Shown in pieces: positions 1 to 8,819 of a DNA stretch of 64,000 nt; position 1 is the stretch's first letter; each line of letters starts with the position of its first letter. A program made the translations under genes and the position numbers. The notes under the pieces were generated by a model. That model did no database searches and was not told the origin of the DNA. It saw nothing but the letters and a program-made list of their open reading frames with translations. Origin of the DNA: Fibrobacteria bacterium (GTDB taxonomy: Bacteria; Fibrobacterota; Fibrobacteria; UBA11236; JADFYW01); NCBI GenBank assembly GCA_050294405.1, contig JBNKOC010000001.1, forward strand, positions 1 through 64,000. Reading direction: 5' to 3'.

Positions 1-618
1 ATTTACATGTGTTTTAAATTCATTGATTTCCAGAAGCGATAACAATTCGCGATTTGAATAAACGGGAGAACCGTCCTTGTCCATAACTGTGATTCCAAGA
101 GGTACGGCTTCTAAAAATTGCTCTAAACGGCGCTTGGCTTCGACCAATTCTATTTGCGCTTTTTTCCGGGCCTCCATCTCTTTCTTAAGCTTTATTTTTT
201 CCCGATGCATTTGGATAAACACCTGTACTTTGCAGGTTAGTATTTCAGGATCAACAGGTTTTAATAAATAATCCACTCCACCTACTTCGTAGCCCTTAAA
301 TACAAAAATTTGTTCTTTGCTGACGGCAGTAACAAAAATAATGGGCACATGTTTGGTTTTTTCGTTGGACTGCATCAGCAGAGCTGTTTCAAACCCATCC
401 ATTTGGGGCATTTGCACATCCAATAGTATTACGGAGAATGTTTCTCTTAACATCAAGGATAAAGCTTCATTTCCAGATTGCGCGGTCCTGATAGTCACAT
501 TAAGGGGGTTCAGCATTTGTTTCATTGCAAATAAATTTTCAGATATGTCATCCACAATCAGTATTTTTTCTTCCTCGGTCATTATCTTTTCTTCGGTTAT
601 GGTATCAGTTTTCGGCAT
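1..618 (-). CDS. Response regulator receiver + PAS signalling protein (runs off left edge; probably REC-PAS-kinase or similar)
   Basis: Not in ORF track; translated by hand from ATG at 618: MPKTDTITEEKIMTEEEKILIVDDISENL...VILLDVQMPQMDGFE...PIIFVTA...GVDYLLKPVDP...LEQFLEAVPLGITVMDKDG; open to position 1. Confidence 0.9.
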   Translation of the reverse strand, partial: MPKTDTITEEKIMTEEEKILIVDDISENLFAMKQMLNPLNVTIRTAQSGNEALSLMLRETFSVILLDVQMPQMDGFETALLMQSNEKTKHVPIIFVTAVSKEQIFVFKGYEVGGVDYLLKPVDPEILTCKVQVFIQMHREKIKLKKEMEARKKAQIELVEAKRRLEQFLEAVPLGITVMDKDGSPVYSNRELLSLLEINEFKTHVN

Positions 619-664
619 ACGATCCCCATATAGTTTGGTTCATTCTTAAAATCTCAATATTGCC

Positions 665-1507
665 TTAGTTCAATAATTTCCGGTAAATTTTCATGTCTTT
701 GTCCACCACTTCAAAACGATCCCTGACCTCTGAAAAATCCAGGCTTTCTTTTATGCCCAGGCACAGAAAACCTTGCTGACACAAACTTTCTTCAAATAAC
801 CTTAATACCCGGTTTTGTAAAATTTTGTCGAAATAAATCATTACGTTTCTGCATATAATCATGTTCATTTCCCCAAAAGACCCATCGGTAGCCAAGTTAT
901 GATAGGTAAACAAAATATTTTCCAACAACTCCGGTTTTAATACGGCAATTTTGTTTTCGGAAAAGGAATAATATTTAGAGAGAGAATGTTTTCCCCCGTA
1001 TTGTTCATAGTTATCGGAGTATTTTGCAATATTTTCTTTGGAAGTTTTCCCGAGTTTAGCTTTGTTGATGGAGGTGTTATTGAAGTCGGTGGCATATACC
1101 TGAACCCGGGATGATATGTTTTCTTCTTGCATTAAAATGGCAAGGGTGTAGGCTTCTTCCCCGGTGGCGCAGCCAGCGCTCCATATTTTTAAAAAAGGAT
1201 ATGTTTTTAAAATTGGAACTATTTTGTCTCTTACACTAACATAAAATTCAGGGTCCCTAAACATTTCCGTTACGGAAATGGACATTTTGTGTATAAAGTC
1301 CTCTAAAAAACGGTTGTCATGTATAGCTTTAGGGATAAGGTCCAGGAAAGAATCCATGCGCCAATCGAATTTTATTTTTTCCAACCGCCTATAGAGAGAC
1401 TCCCTGGAGTAATTCCGGAAATCGTAACCTGAGGTGCGGTAAATCGCTTCAAGTAAAAGGTCTATTTCCAGTTCTATGGTTTCTGATTTGATAACCATAT
1501 TAAGCAA
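665..1507 (-). CDS. cheR: CheR-type protein-glutamate O-methyltransferase
   Basis: SVTEMFRDP, KIWSAGCATGEEAY, YATDFN, IICRNVMIYF, GFLCLG motifs; true start may be 1498. Confidence 0.95.
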   Translation of the reverse strand: MLNMVIKSETIELEIDLLLEAIYRTSGYDFRNYSRESLYRRLEKIKFDWRMDSFLDLIPKAIHDNRFLEDFIHKMSISVTEMFRDPEFYVSVRDKIVPILKTYPFLKIWSAGCATGEEAYTLAILMQEENISSRVQVYATDFNNTSINKAKLGKTSKENIAKYSDNYEQYGGKHSLSKYYSFSENKIAVLKPELLENILFTYHNLATDGSFGEMNMIICRNVMIYFDKILQNRVLRLFEESLCQQGFLCLGIKESLDFSEVRDRFEVVDKDMKIYRKLLN

Positions 1508-4500
1508 ATACCCAGAGGCGGATGATGTTAATTAATTTTTCGGGATCAATAGGTTTGGTAAGATAGTCGTTGGCTCCGGTTTCCAGTGCTTTTTTTTTGT
1601 CATCTAGCATGGCCTTGGCGGTTAACGCCAAAATGGGAAGTTTTTTGAATTTTGAAATGCTGCGAATTCTTCGAATCGCTTCGTATCCATCCATTACAGG
1701 CATCATGATGTCCATAAGGACCAGGTCCACGTCACCCTCTTTTCCCAGTATTTGAATAGCTAACTCCCCGTTATCGGCTATCAAAACCCGGATTCCATGT
1801 TTCTCTAACACTTTGGAAAGCGCAAAATTATTACGCAGGTCATCATCGACAACCAGTATTTTTTTCCCCTTGAGTAATTTTTCGGGATCAAAGTGTGTGA
1901 CTTTTGCTTCTTTTGGAGGATGTATGTTGAGTAAAAATGTCTGTAGCTCCGATTTTAACCTTTCCGGAGAATGGCTTCCTTTTATAATGATGCGGGAAGT
2001 ATGTTCTCTTAACTGAACATATTCTTCTTTGGAGAGATCTTTACCCGTATATATTATTAAGGAAGGTAAGCTATCTTTTTTTTCTTTTTCAAAGGATTTT
2101 ATTAAATCAAAACCCGACATGTCGGGTAGGCCGAGATCCAAAATAATTCCATCGAATTTTTCCTTGGCGAACAATTCCAGGGCTTTTTTCCCATTGTTCA
2201 CAGAGCTAATGCGAATGTTTTTTTCACCCAGTAATTTGGATAAGGCCAGCTGGTTTTTTCCATCGTCTTCAACTAACATGATGTGATGTATTTTTCCCTT
2301 TGATATTTGCTCGAATTGGGAGAAAATGTTTTCCAAATCAGATTCTTCAATGGGTTTCATAAGATAACCTAAAGCCCCTTTATCAATAGCCGTGCTGTTT
2401 TCTTCCATTCCGGAAATTACATGTATGGGTATGTTTGATGTAATTGGATTGGAAAGGAGAGCCTCCAGCACCTCCAAACCATGCATATCTGGAAGGCCCA
2501 TATCTAAAATAATTCCCAGGGGAAGGTGTTTTTCGGCCAGATTCAACCCGAGTTTGCCCGTGTCGGCATGAAGCACAGAATGCCCTTTTCTTTCCACTAA
2601 TTTTGTAAGCACAGTTGCATATTCCGGGTCGTCTTCGATTAGAAGGATAAAGTTTGTCGGGGTTTCGTCTTGCCTGGGCTCCCAGTTCTCAGAATATAGA
2701 ATGGGAGAAATATCAGTTTTTTCTTCGTCCGCAGTTTTAGAGGCTTCAATATTGTTTGTCCGGGGATGCAACGGCAGGTACAAGTGAAAGCAACTTCCTT
2801 CCCCTTCCTTGCTTTCCAAATCAATATAAGCGCCCAATAGTCTTCCTAACTCTTGGGAAATGGTAAGTCCAAGACCGGTGCCACCGTATTTCCGGTTAAT
2901 AGATCCGTCAATTTGCTGGAAGGCCTTAAAGATTTCCTTTTGTTTGTCTTGAGGAATTCCGATTCCCGTATCTTCCACCGTAAATTCTATTGCCGCTCCC
3001 GGCCATTTTGTTCGGAATTTTTCCGGGGCTTTTTCTAAGTATGAGCAGTTCAAGCAAACTTTTCCCGAATCCGTAAACTTAAAAGCATTGGAAAGTAGGT
3101 TCTTTAAAATTTGTTCTACTCTCCCGGGATCTGTAGAAAAAGTTTCCCCCAGCTCTACTAAATTCTTCACCTCGAAATCAATTCCCTTGTTTTTTGAAAC
3201 CGGAATAAACAGATTTCTGACATTGTTCAGGATTTCCTCTGGGCTTGTTTCCCGGAGACTGATATGTAGTTTTCCCGCTTCCACTTTGGAAAGATCCAGG
3301 ATGTCATTTATAAGGGTTAATAGATCTTTTCCGCTCCCATGTATCACACGGGCAGATTCCACTTGTTCTTCCGTTAAGTTACCGGATTCATTGTCCATTA
3401 ATAACTTGGCAAGGATCAAAAGGGAATTTAACGGGGTGCGAAGCTCATGGGACATGTTTGCCAGAAACTCGGATTTATATTTGCTGGCCAGCTGCAGCTC
3501 TGCAGCTTTCTGTTCTAACTGGCTTTTCGCAGCTTGGATATCCGCTGTAGTTTTCTCCAATTTGTCTTTTTGTTCCTGGAGCATCTTGGTCTTTTGTTCT
3601 AGTTCCTCGTTGTTAACTTGCAGTTCTTCGCTTTGGGTTTTTAATTTTTCCTCGGAATCCCGCAATAGTTTTGTTTGCTCTTCTAATTCCTCGTTGGAAG
3701 TTTTCAATTCTTCTTGTTGGGCCTGGAGTTCTTCGGTGAGCCTTTGGGATTCCTGAAGTAAGTTATTTGTTTTTTCCCTTTCTTCGATGTTATTGATTAT
3801 AACTCCCAGGGTAGCGGCAATTTCTTCTACAATTTGTTGGTGCTCTGCAGTTACAGGGTGAAAGACGCCCAGCTCTAAAACTCCGCATATTTTTTTGTTA
3901 AACATTACCGGGTGGGTTAATATGGTTAAAGGATCTCTTTCACCTAAACCAGATTTAATGCGCATGTATTGGGGGGGAACATCGGTAAGTATAATAGGTT
4001 TTTTTTCTGCCGCGCATTGCCCGATAAGCCCCTCTCCAATCGAATAAGATGAGTTATTTTTTTTGTTTGCAGTAAGGGCGAAGGAGCCTAACAATTGCAG
4101 TTTTTCACTTTCATCCGACCTGATGTAAAATGCCCCGGAACCCGCTCCTATAATTTCACAAACATCGGAAATAGCTGATTGGGCCAAATGGGGAAGCCGG
4201 ATAATTTCCTGGTAATTTTTGATATAGGAAGCAATCTTTGATTTGATATAGTTTTGCCGCTCCAAAGAATCATGGATCTCTTGTAAATTAGAAACCATGA
4301 CATTAAAAGATTTTGCCAGGTTTCCAATTTCATCCCTTCCGAATATTTGGGCCCGGGCCTGATAATCTCCGGATGAAATCTCATCTGCTACTTTAGAAAG
4401 GGAAATAATGGGTTTGGACATCCAGCTCTGCATTTTTAGGGCCATCAGGGATACTATGGTCAAAGTTCCCAGAAAAATGCCCACACAAGTCCAAATCAGA

Positions 4501-4994
4501 AAGTTTTCAAGATTCTGATAGGTTTTGTTGTTGGACAGGAGGGCGACGTCTCCAATGATCTCACCGTGGAATAATATTGGTTTTACCAGCTTTATTTTAT
4601 CTGATTTATATTCCGTAATTTCCTGATGCGTTATTTTTTGTGGTAATTGGGACGAGCCAGAGGGGGAAAATCTGGCGAATAAGAGCCCTTCTTTATCGTA
4701 TATGGCTGCTTCTATAATATCGCTATGTGAGCCCATGGACTTTAGATACTCATCGGCACTGCGTTTGTCCTGGAATTCGAGGGCGGCTTTGGAATTTTGA
4801 CTTGTTATTTGCGACAAGGTAGTCAATTCCTGAATGGCTGAATTTTTAAAAATGTTATGTATGCTGTAACTCAGGCTTGCAAGGCTTAGTATAATTCCCA
4901 TGGCCGTTGCTCCCAGAATAATGGAAAGCAGTTTCCAACGCAAAGACCAGGTGGAAAAACTTTCAAGCAAGCTGAATCTGCTAAACATCGGCAC
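1500..4994 (-). CDS. Membrane hybrid histidine kinase: TM-periplasmic sensor (CHASE8/YfiN-like)-TM-HAMP-GAF-coiled coil-HisKA-HATPase-3xREC
   Basis: Two TM segments, HAMP (GRDEIGNLAKSFN), GAF (GEGLIGQCA), FLANMSHELRTPL, NLLSNAFKFT, DTGIG, GGTGLGL, three receivers (LDMGLP, LDLGLP, MDIMMP). Confidence 0.93.
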   Translation of the reverse strand: MPMFSRFSLLESFSTWSLRWKLLSIILGATAMGIILSLASLSYSIHNIFKNSAIQELTTLSQITSQNSKAALEFQDKRSADEYLKSMGSHSDIIEAAIYDKEGLLFARFSPSGSSQLPQKITHQEITEYKSDKIKLVKPILFHGEIIGDVALLSNNKTYQNLENFLIWTCVGIFLGTLTIVSLMALKMQSWMSKPIISLSKVADEISSGDYQARAQIFGRDEIGNLAKSFNVMVSNLQEIHDSLERQNYIKSKIASYIKNYQEIIRLPHLAQSAISDVCEIIGAGSGAFYIRSDESEKLQLLGSFALTANKKNNSSYSIGEGLIGQCAAEKKPIILTDVPPQYMRIKSGLGERDPLTILTHPVMFNKKICGVLELGVFHPVTAEHQQIVEEIAATLGVIINNIEEREKTNNLLQESQRLTEELQAQQEELKTSNEELEEQTKLLRDSEEKLKTQSEELQVNNEELEQKTKMLQEQKDKLEKTTADIQAAKSQLEQKAAELQLASKYKSEFLANMSHELRTPLNSLLILAKLLMDNESGNLTEEQVESARVIHGSGKDLLTLINDILDLSKVEAGKLHISLRETSPEEILNNVRNLFIPVSKNKGIDFEVKNLVELGETFSTDPGRVEQILKNLLSNAFKFTDSGKVCLNCSYLEKAPEKFRTKWPGAAIEFTVEDTGIGIPQDKQKEIFKAFQQIDGSINRKYGGTGLGLTISQELGRLLGAYIDLESKEGEGSCFHLYLPLHPRTNNIEASKTADEEKTDISPILYSENWEPRQDETPTNFILLIEDDPEYATVLTKLVERKGHSVLHADTGKLGLNLAEKHLPLGIILDMGLPDMHGLEVLEALLSNPITSNIPIHVISGMEENSTAIDKGALGYLMKPIEESDLENIFSQFEQISKGKIHHIMLVEDDGKNQLALSKLLGEKNIRISSVNNGKKALELFAKEKFDGIILDLGLPDMSGFDLIKSFEKEKKDSLPSLIIYTGKDLSKEEYVQLREHTSRIIIKGSHSPERLKSELQTFLLNIHPPKEAKVTHFDPEKLLKGKKILVVDDDLRNNFALSKVLEKHGIRVLIADNGELAIQILGKEGDVDLVLMDIMMPVMDGYEAIRRIRSISKFKKLPILALTAKAMLDDKKKALETGANDYLTKPIDPEKLINIIRLWVFA

Positions 4995-4995
4995 C

Positions 4996-5520
4996 TTATT
5001 TAACTACATTTTCAGCTCTCTGGAGCAGGCCGGAATTTATGTATAAGTTTATGGCTTTAGCTCGTGAGAGGTTTATGGAAAATCCAATACTTTCTCTTAA
5101 AAGAGAAAATTGGATAATTCCTCCGTATTTGATAAAATTTTCGCTTTCTCCAACAGTTAATATGGGCTTATCCTTTACTTTTTTAAGAAGGTTTGATAGT
5201 TGGCTTTCCAACTCTTTGGTGAAAAACAGCATTTGATAATCCTGGATGGGATCAGATACATTCAGGTATTCAATTTGAATTTGTCGGTTCCAAATTTTTT
5301 CTTTTTTAAATTCTTCTATAATGCCCTGAAACGGATCTTTGCCCACTATGGCTATTTTAATGGGGTCCGCGGTTTCCAGTTGAAGTGCTTGCCATGGCCA
5401 TTCCACAAATTTCAAGAAATTAAACAAGTAGGCTGCTTTTACCTGATATTCCAAGGGAGGCGACGCAGAAGCAAGGGTCCAATAAAAGATAAGGAAAGGG
5501 ATAATTTTTTTCAGAAACAT
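4996..5520 (-). CDS. YfiR-family (DUF4154) periplasmic protein
   Basis: Signal peptide, EYQVKAAYLFNFLKFVEWP, GKDPF, PILTVGE...GGIIQF...FSINL motifs typical of YfiR/HmsC family. Confidence 0.9.
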   Translation of the reverse strand: MFLKKIIPFLIFYWTLASASPPLEYQVKAAYLFNFLKFVEWPWQALQLETADPIKIAIVGKDPFQGIIEEFKKEKIWNRQIQIEYLNVSDPIQDYQMLFFTKELESQLSNLLKKVKDKPILTVGESENFIKYGGIIQFSLLRESIGFSINLSRAKAINLYINSGLLQRAENVVK

Positions 5521-7412
5521 AGAGTTACCTTAACATGAGCGCTTCTCTCGACTTCAGATGAACCGGAGGTTTTCTGCTCCGGATGGTGTTCCTGCAATAA
5601 ATTAGTCCCTGCCAGCGAAACCGTTAATTCCGGGATCGGAGTATAAGAAAGACTGAGGTTCAATTCCGCGTAGGCTTTTACCCTTTCCGGTTGTCCATTT
5701 AACCATTGCTTGATTTCTCCCACGTAACGCAAAAAAGCCCCTAAATTCCAGCGGGAATCAGGTTGATACAATACTTGCCATCCGGCCTGGTGTTTTGGGC
5801 TAGCCTCTTCCAGCCTTTCAGCCCTGCTGGTATCAGAGCTTCCGGGCCGGAGGTTGAAATCCAGGTCCAAATAGGAATAAGAAATCAAGGAGTTTAATTT
5901 TTGAAACACCTGCCAATTAATACTGAGCTCTCCTCCCCATCCGCTTCCTTCCAATTTATTTTCAAATAATGGGATTCCGTTGTTGTTACTCTCCTGGCTT
6001 AACATATCCTGATAGTTATTGTAGAAACCGGATAGGTCCAGGGTCCATTTTCTGCCTGAGAAACGGTATCCCAGTTCCGAAGCCAACAAGTTTTCCGAAA
6101 CAAAGTTTTTGCCTGCTTGGACATCGCCGTAATGAATATCGGATTCTAACCGCGACGGAACCCTCACCGCTCTTGAAAAGGCTGACCAAATAGTATGGGA
6201 TCGGTGTAAAAGATACTGTGCGCGAATGGAAGGTTGGATTTCCCAATCTGTATAACTGTTGTATTCCAGCTTTGATCCCAGAATCAAATGGAATTTTGGG
6301 ACGATGGCAATATCATCCTGTAAAAACAATTGATACAAATGATCCAGTCTCTCTCTGGGTTTTACGTCTGCTCTGTACTCCGGGGGAGAAGCAGGGTTGG
6401 TTTCAACAGGTATGCGATCCCGGCTGGCCCGGTATTCCAGTCCCCAATGAACCGAATGGGTTTTAAACAATTTTGTTTGCTGTCTGAATTCCAAATCATA
6501 ACTGTGCCGCTCTTCATCGATCGTCAAATGGTCTAAAAAACGGTAATCGTAATAGCTATTAAAAAAATATTCTGAGTTTCCTCTTTTCAGGGCTGTGTTA
6601 AAAAGGATGTTACCACCCTCGTGATTTGCCGTAAACGGACCGCTGCTGTTGTTTTCCCCAATTTCTCCTCGATAATAATCTCCAGATACCCTAAATTGCG
6701 CATTATTTTTTTGCTTATCCATGCGGAATCCCATTTGTTGGAATTTCCAGGAATCCTGGGGGTTCGAGGGTCTATAACCAGCATCTGTTTTGGTGTATTT
6801 ACCATAGGCTCTGGCGTTGAAATGAGAACCCAGTTTTGTACCAACTCTAAAATTTGCAAACCCCTTTTCTTCTTTTCCGGCTCCAAAGTCAAGCCTCATT
6901 CCCTGCGTATCTTGGGAAGATTTGGTGATGATGTTTATGACTCCATTCACCGCGTTTGCGCCCCAAACTGCTCCCCCCGGGCCTCGCACCACCTCAATGT
7001 GGTCAATATCGTCCAGATTGTAATCTTCAATTTCCCAAAAGGTCCCTGAAAAAAGGGGATCGTACAGACTTCTTCCGTCGCGCATTACAAGCAGGTTTTG
7101 TGTAGTTCTGGAGCCCATGCCGCGGATTCCAATGGCCCATTTACTGGCATCTACTTTTGCCACCTGAATTCCCGGAACCAAGCGCAACAGCTCGGGTAAA
7201 GTAGTTGCGCCCGAAGCAGCAATTTGTTTTTGAGTTAAGACATAAACGGATGCCGGGACAGTTTCCACATCTTCCTTTTTTTTCGATACGCTGATTACTT
7301 TTATTTTAAGGAGTTGGTCCAAAGGGGTTTGTGTAATGTTTATTTCCTGGGAGTGGAGAAAGGCGAATGTAAGCAGAATCGGAATGTATACTCCCGAAAA
7401 AAAGCACTTCAT
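5511..7412 (-). CDS. TonB-dependent outer-membrane receptor
   Basis: Signal peptide; plug motifs LPELLRLVPG, IEVVRGPGGAVWGANAVNGVINIITK; barrel ending GTNLL...HVKVTLCF. Confidence 0.92.
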   Translation of the reverse strand: MKCFFSGVYIPILLTFAFLHSQEINITQTPLDQLLKIKVISVSKKKEDVETVPASVYVLTQKQIAASGATTLPELLRLVPGIQVAKVDASKWAIGIRGMGSRTTQNLLVMRDGRSLYDPLFSGTFWEIEDYNLDDIDHIEVVRGPGGAVWGANAVNGVINIITKSSQDTQGMRLDFGAGKEEKGFANFRVGTKLGSHFNARAYGKYTKTDAGYRPSNPQDSWKFQQMGFRMDKQKNNAQFRVSGDYYRGEIGENNSSGPFTANHEGGNILFNTALKRGNSEYFFNSYYDYRFLDHLTIDEERHSYDLEFRQQTKLFKTHSVHWGLEYRASRDRIPVETNPASPPEYRADVKPRERLDHLYQLFLQDDIAIVPKFHLILGSKLEYNSYTDWEIQPSIRAQYLLHRSHTIWSAFSRAVRVPSRLESDIHYGDVQAGKNFVSENLLASELGYRFSGRKWTLDLSGFYNNYQDMLSQESNNNGIPLFENKLEGSGWGGELSINWQVFQKLNSLISYSYLDLDFNLRPGSSDTSRAERLEEASPKHQAGWQVLYQPDSRWNLGAFLRYVGEIKQWLNGQPERVKAYAELNLSLSYTPIPELTVSLAGTNLLQEHHPEQKTSGSSEVERSAHVKVTLCF

Positions 7413-7853
7413 GTATTTTATTCCTTGTTTAATAATTTCCGATTATTCTTAGTTGAACTCGTAGATATTGTAGTGATAAACGGCAATAAAAAAAATTATG
7501 CTGGGAAGAGGCTTGGATGTTATTAGATAGATAAAACATTTTGCTCATGAAAAAGTTTACAATTTAAATGCGTCTTAAAAAAACAAACCAAGACATTAAG
7601 GTGCAACAAAGGTGTCAGTCTTATGCTGCTGTTTTAAAACCGGAATGGGGGAAAGGGGGAAAATGTACCAAAACAGGCTGGTTTTCGAGATTAGTTGAGA
7701 GTTTTGAGCTGAAAGTGGGGGAGGATGTATTGCTCTTGATAACAAAATAAAAACTAAATTTCGTTTTAATTAAACTTAAGTTCAATTTCAAATCACTTAA
7801 AATTTGCATTATATATACTAGTAATAGGTAGTTGGTTTTATTTACGAGTTAGA

Positions 7854-8333
7854 ATGAACGAAATTCAGAAGCCATATAATATATTAATCGTTGATGATGA
7901 AAAAATCATTCGGGATCTTTTATATAAAATTCTAAAGTCCCAGGGCTTTAATGTGTATTGGGCGAAAAATGGCATTGAAGCAATGTCCGTTGTAAAAAAT
8001 AAATCCATGGATTTGGTGATTACAGATATTTCCATGCCGAAAATGGACGGAACTGATTTGGCCAACAGAATTCGGTATATGTATAAAGGTATTCCAGTTG
8101 TGATTATGTCTGCCCATGGCACCAGGGATAACTTTATAAAAGCCTTAAAATACGGGGCTGTAGACTTCATTGTTAAGGGCTTTTTTGAACCGGAAGATTT
8201 TATAAACAGGGTTCACAAATACTTGCGAGGGGAATTTAATTTGCGTTCTTACTCCAAACCAGAAAAGCAGGCGGGTTTTGCAAAAAAATTCCAGGAAGCT
8301 ACGGAGCCAACTCGCAACCTCATAAAAGATTAA
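7854..8333 (+). CDS. Response regulator (REC domain with short C-terminal tail)
   Basis: ILIVDDE, LVITDISMPKMDG, IMSAH, DFIVK; no recognisable output domain. Confidence 0.85.
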   Translation: MNEIQKPYNILIVDDEKIIRDLLYKILKSQGFNVYWAKNGIEAMSVVKNKSMDLVITDISMPKMDGTDLANRIRYMYKGIPVVIMSAHGTRDNFIKALKYGAVDFIVKGFFEPEDFINRVHKYLRGEFNLRSYSKPEKQAGFAKKFQEATEPTRNLIKD

Positions 8334-8404
8334 ACTAAGCACTTGTTGGATTATTTGGTGCTTGAGAAAGTCAAAATCCCAGATATTTCGTCTATTAAAA
8401 ATAG

Positions 8405-8437
8405 TTGTATAAATACGATAAAAATGTATTATTACGA
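8405..8437. promoter_or_regulatory. Putative ArsR operator, two tandem imperfect dyads TGTAT-N4-TACGA
   Basis: TTGTATAAATACGA (8405-8418) and ATGTATTATTACGA (8424-8437) just upstream of arsR; autoregulation inferred. Confidence 0.5.
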
Positions 8438-8457
8438 CAAAAATCTTAGAGTCTAAA

Positions 8458-8787
8458 GTGGAAGCCAAAACCAGCGAATTTTCCTCCCAACTCCAGTCCT
8501 TGTCAAAAGGGTTTAAGTTGCTGTCTCATCCGGCGCGCTTGCAAATCATCGAGTTTTTAAGCCGACAAAAAAGCTGTCTTACGGGAGATATTTCCAAAGA
8601 TTTGCCCCTTTCCCGCACCACAGTTTTCCAGCATTTGGAAGTGCTTAAAGAAGCGGGCTGGCTTAAGGGAGAAATTATTGGAGCCCGCATTGGCTACTGT
8701 TTAGATCTAGATAAAATACAGGAAGATATGGGAGAATTGCAGGGCTTTTTAAAAGACTGCTGCAATTCTGAGGGCCCCTGCTGTTAA
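8458..8787 (+). CDS. arsR: ArsR/SmtB-family transcriptional repressor
   Basis: FKLLSHPARLQI, wHTH LSRTTVFQHL, C-terminal vicinal Cys (DCC...PCC); precedes acr3-arsC. Confidence 0.9.
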   Translation: MEAKTSEFSSQLQSLSKGFKLLSHPARLQIIEFLSRQKSCLTGDISKDLPLSRTTVFQHLEVLKEAGWLKGEIIGARIGYCLDLDKIQEDMGELQGFLKDCCNSEGPCC

Positions 8788-8819
8788 CCGGACAAATAAA
8801 CCTTTAGCCAAAAAACAAT

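Noticed and set aside
562..600. Short duplication ITEEKI/MTEEEKI at the REC gene start
   Set aside because: Too short and degenerate; only makes the start (618 vs 582) ambiguous
77..649. Plus-strand ORFs 77-271 and 317-649
   Set aside because: Antisense shadows of the minus-strand REC-PAS gene
3088..3756. 222-aa Ser-rich plus-strand ORF
   Set aside because: Antisense to the kinase coiled coil; composition mirrors Glu/Lys codons
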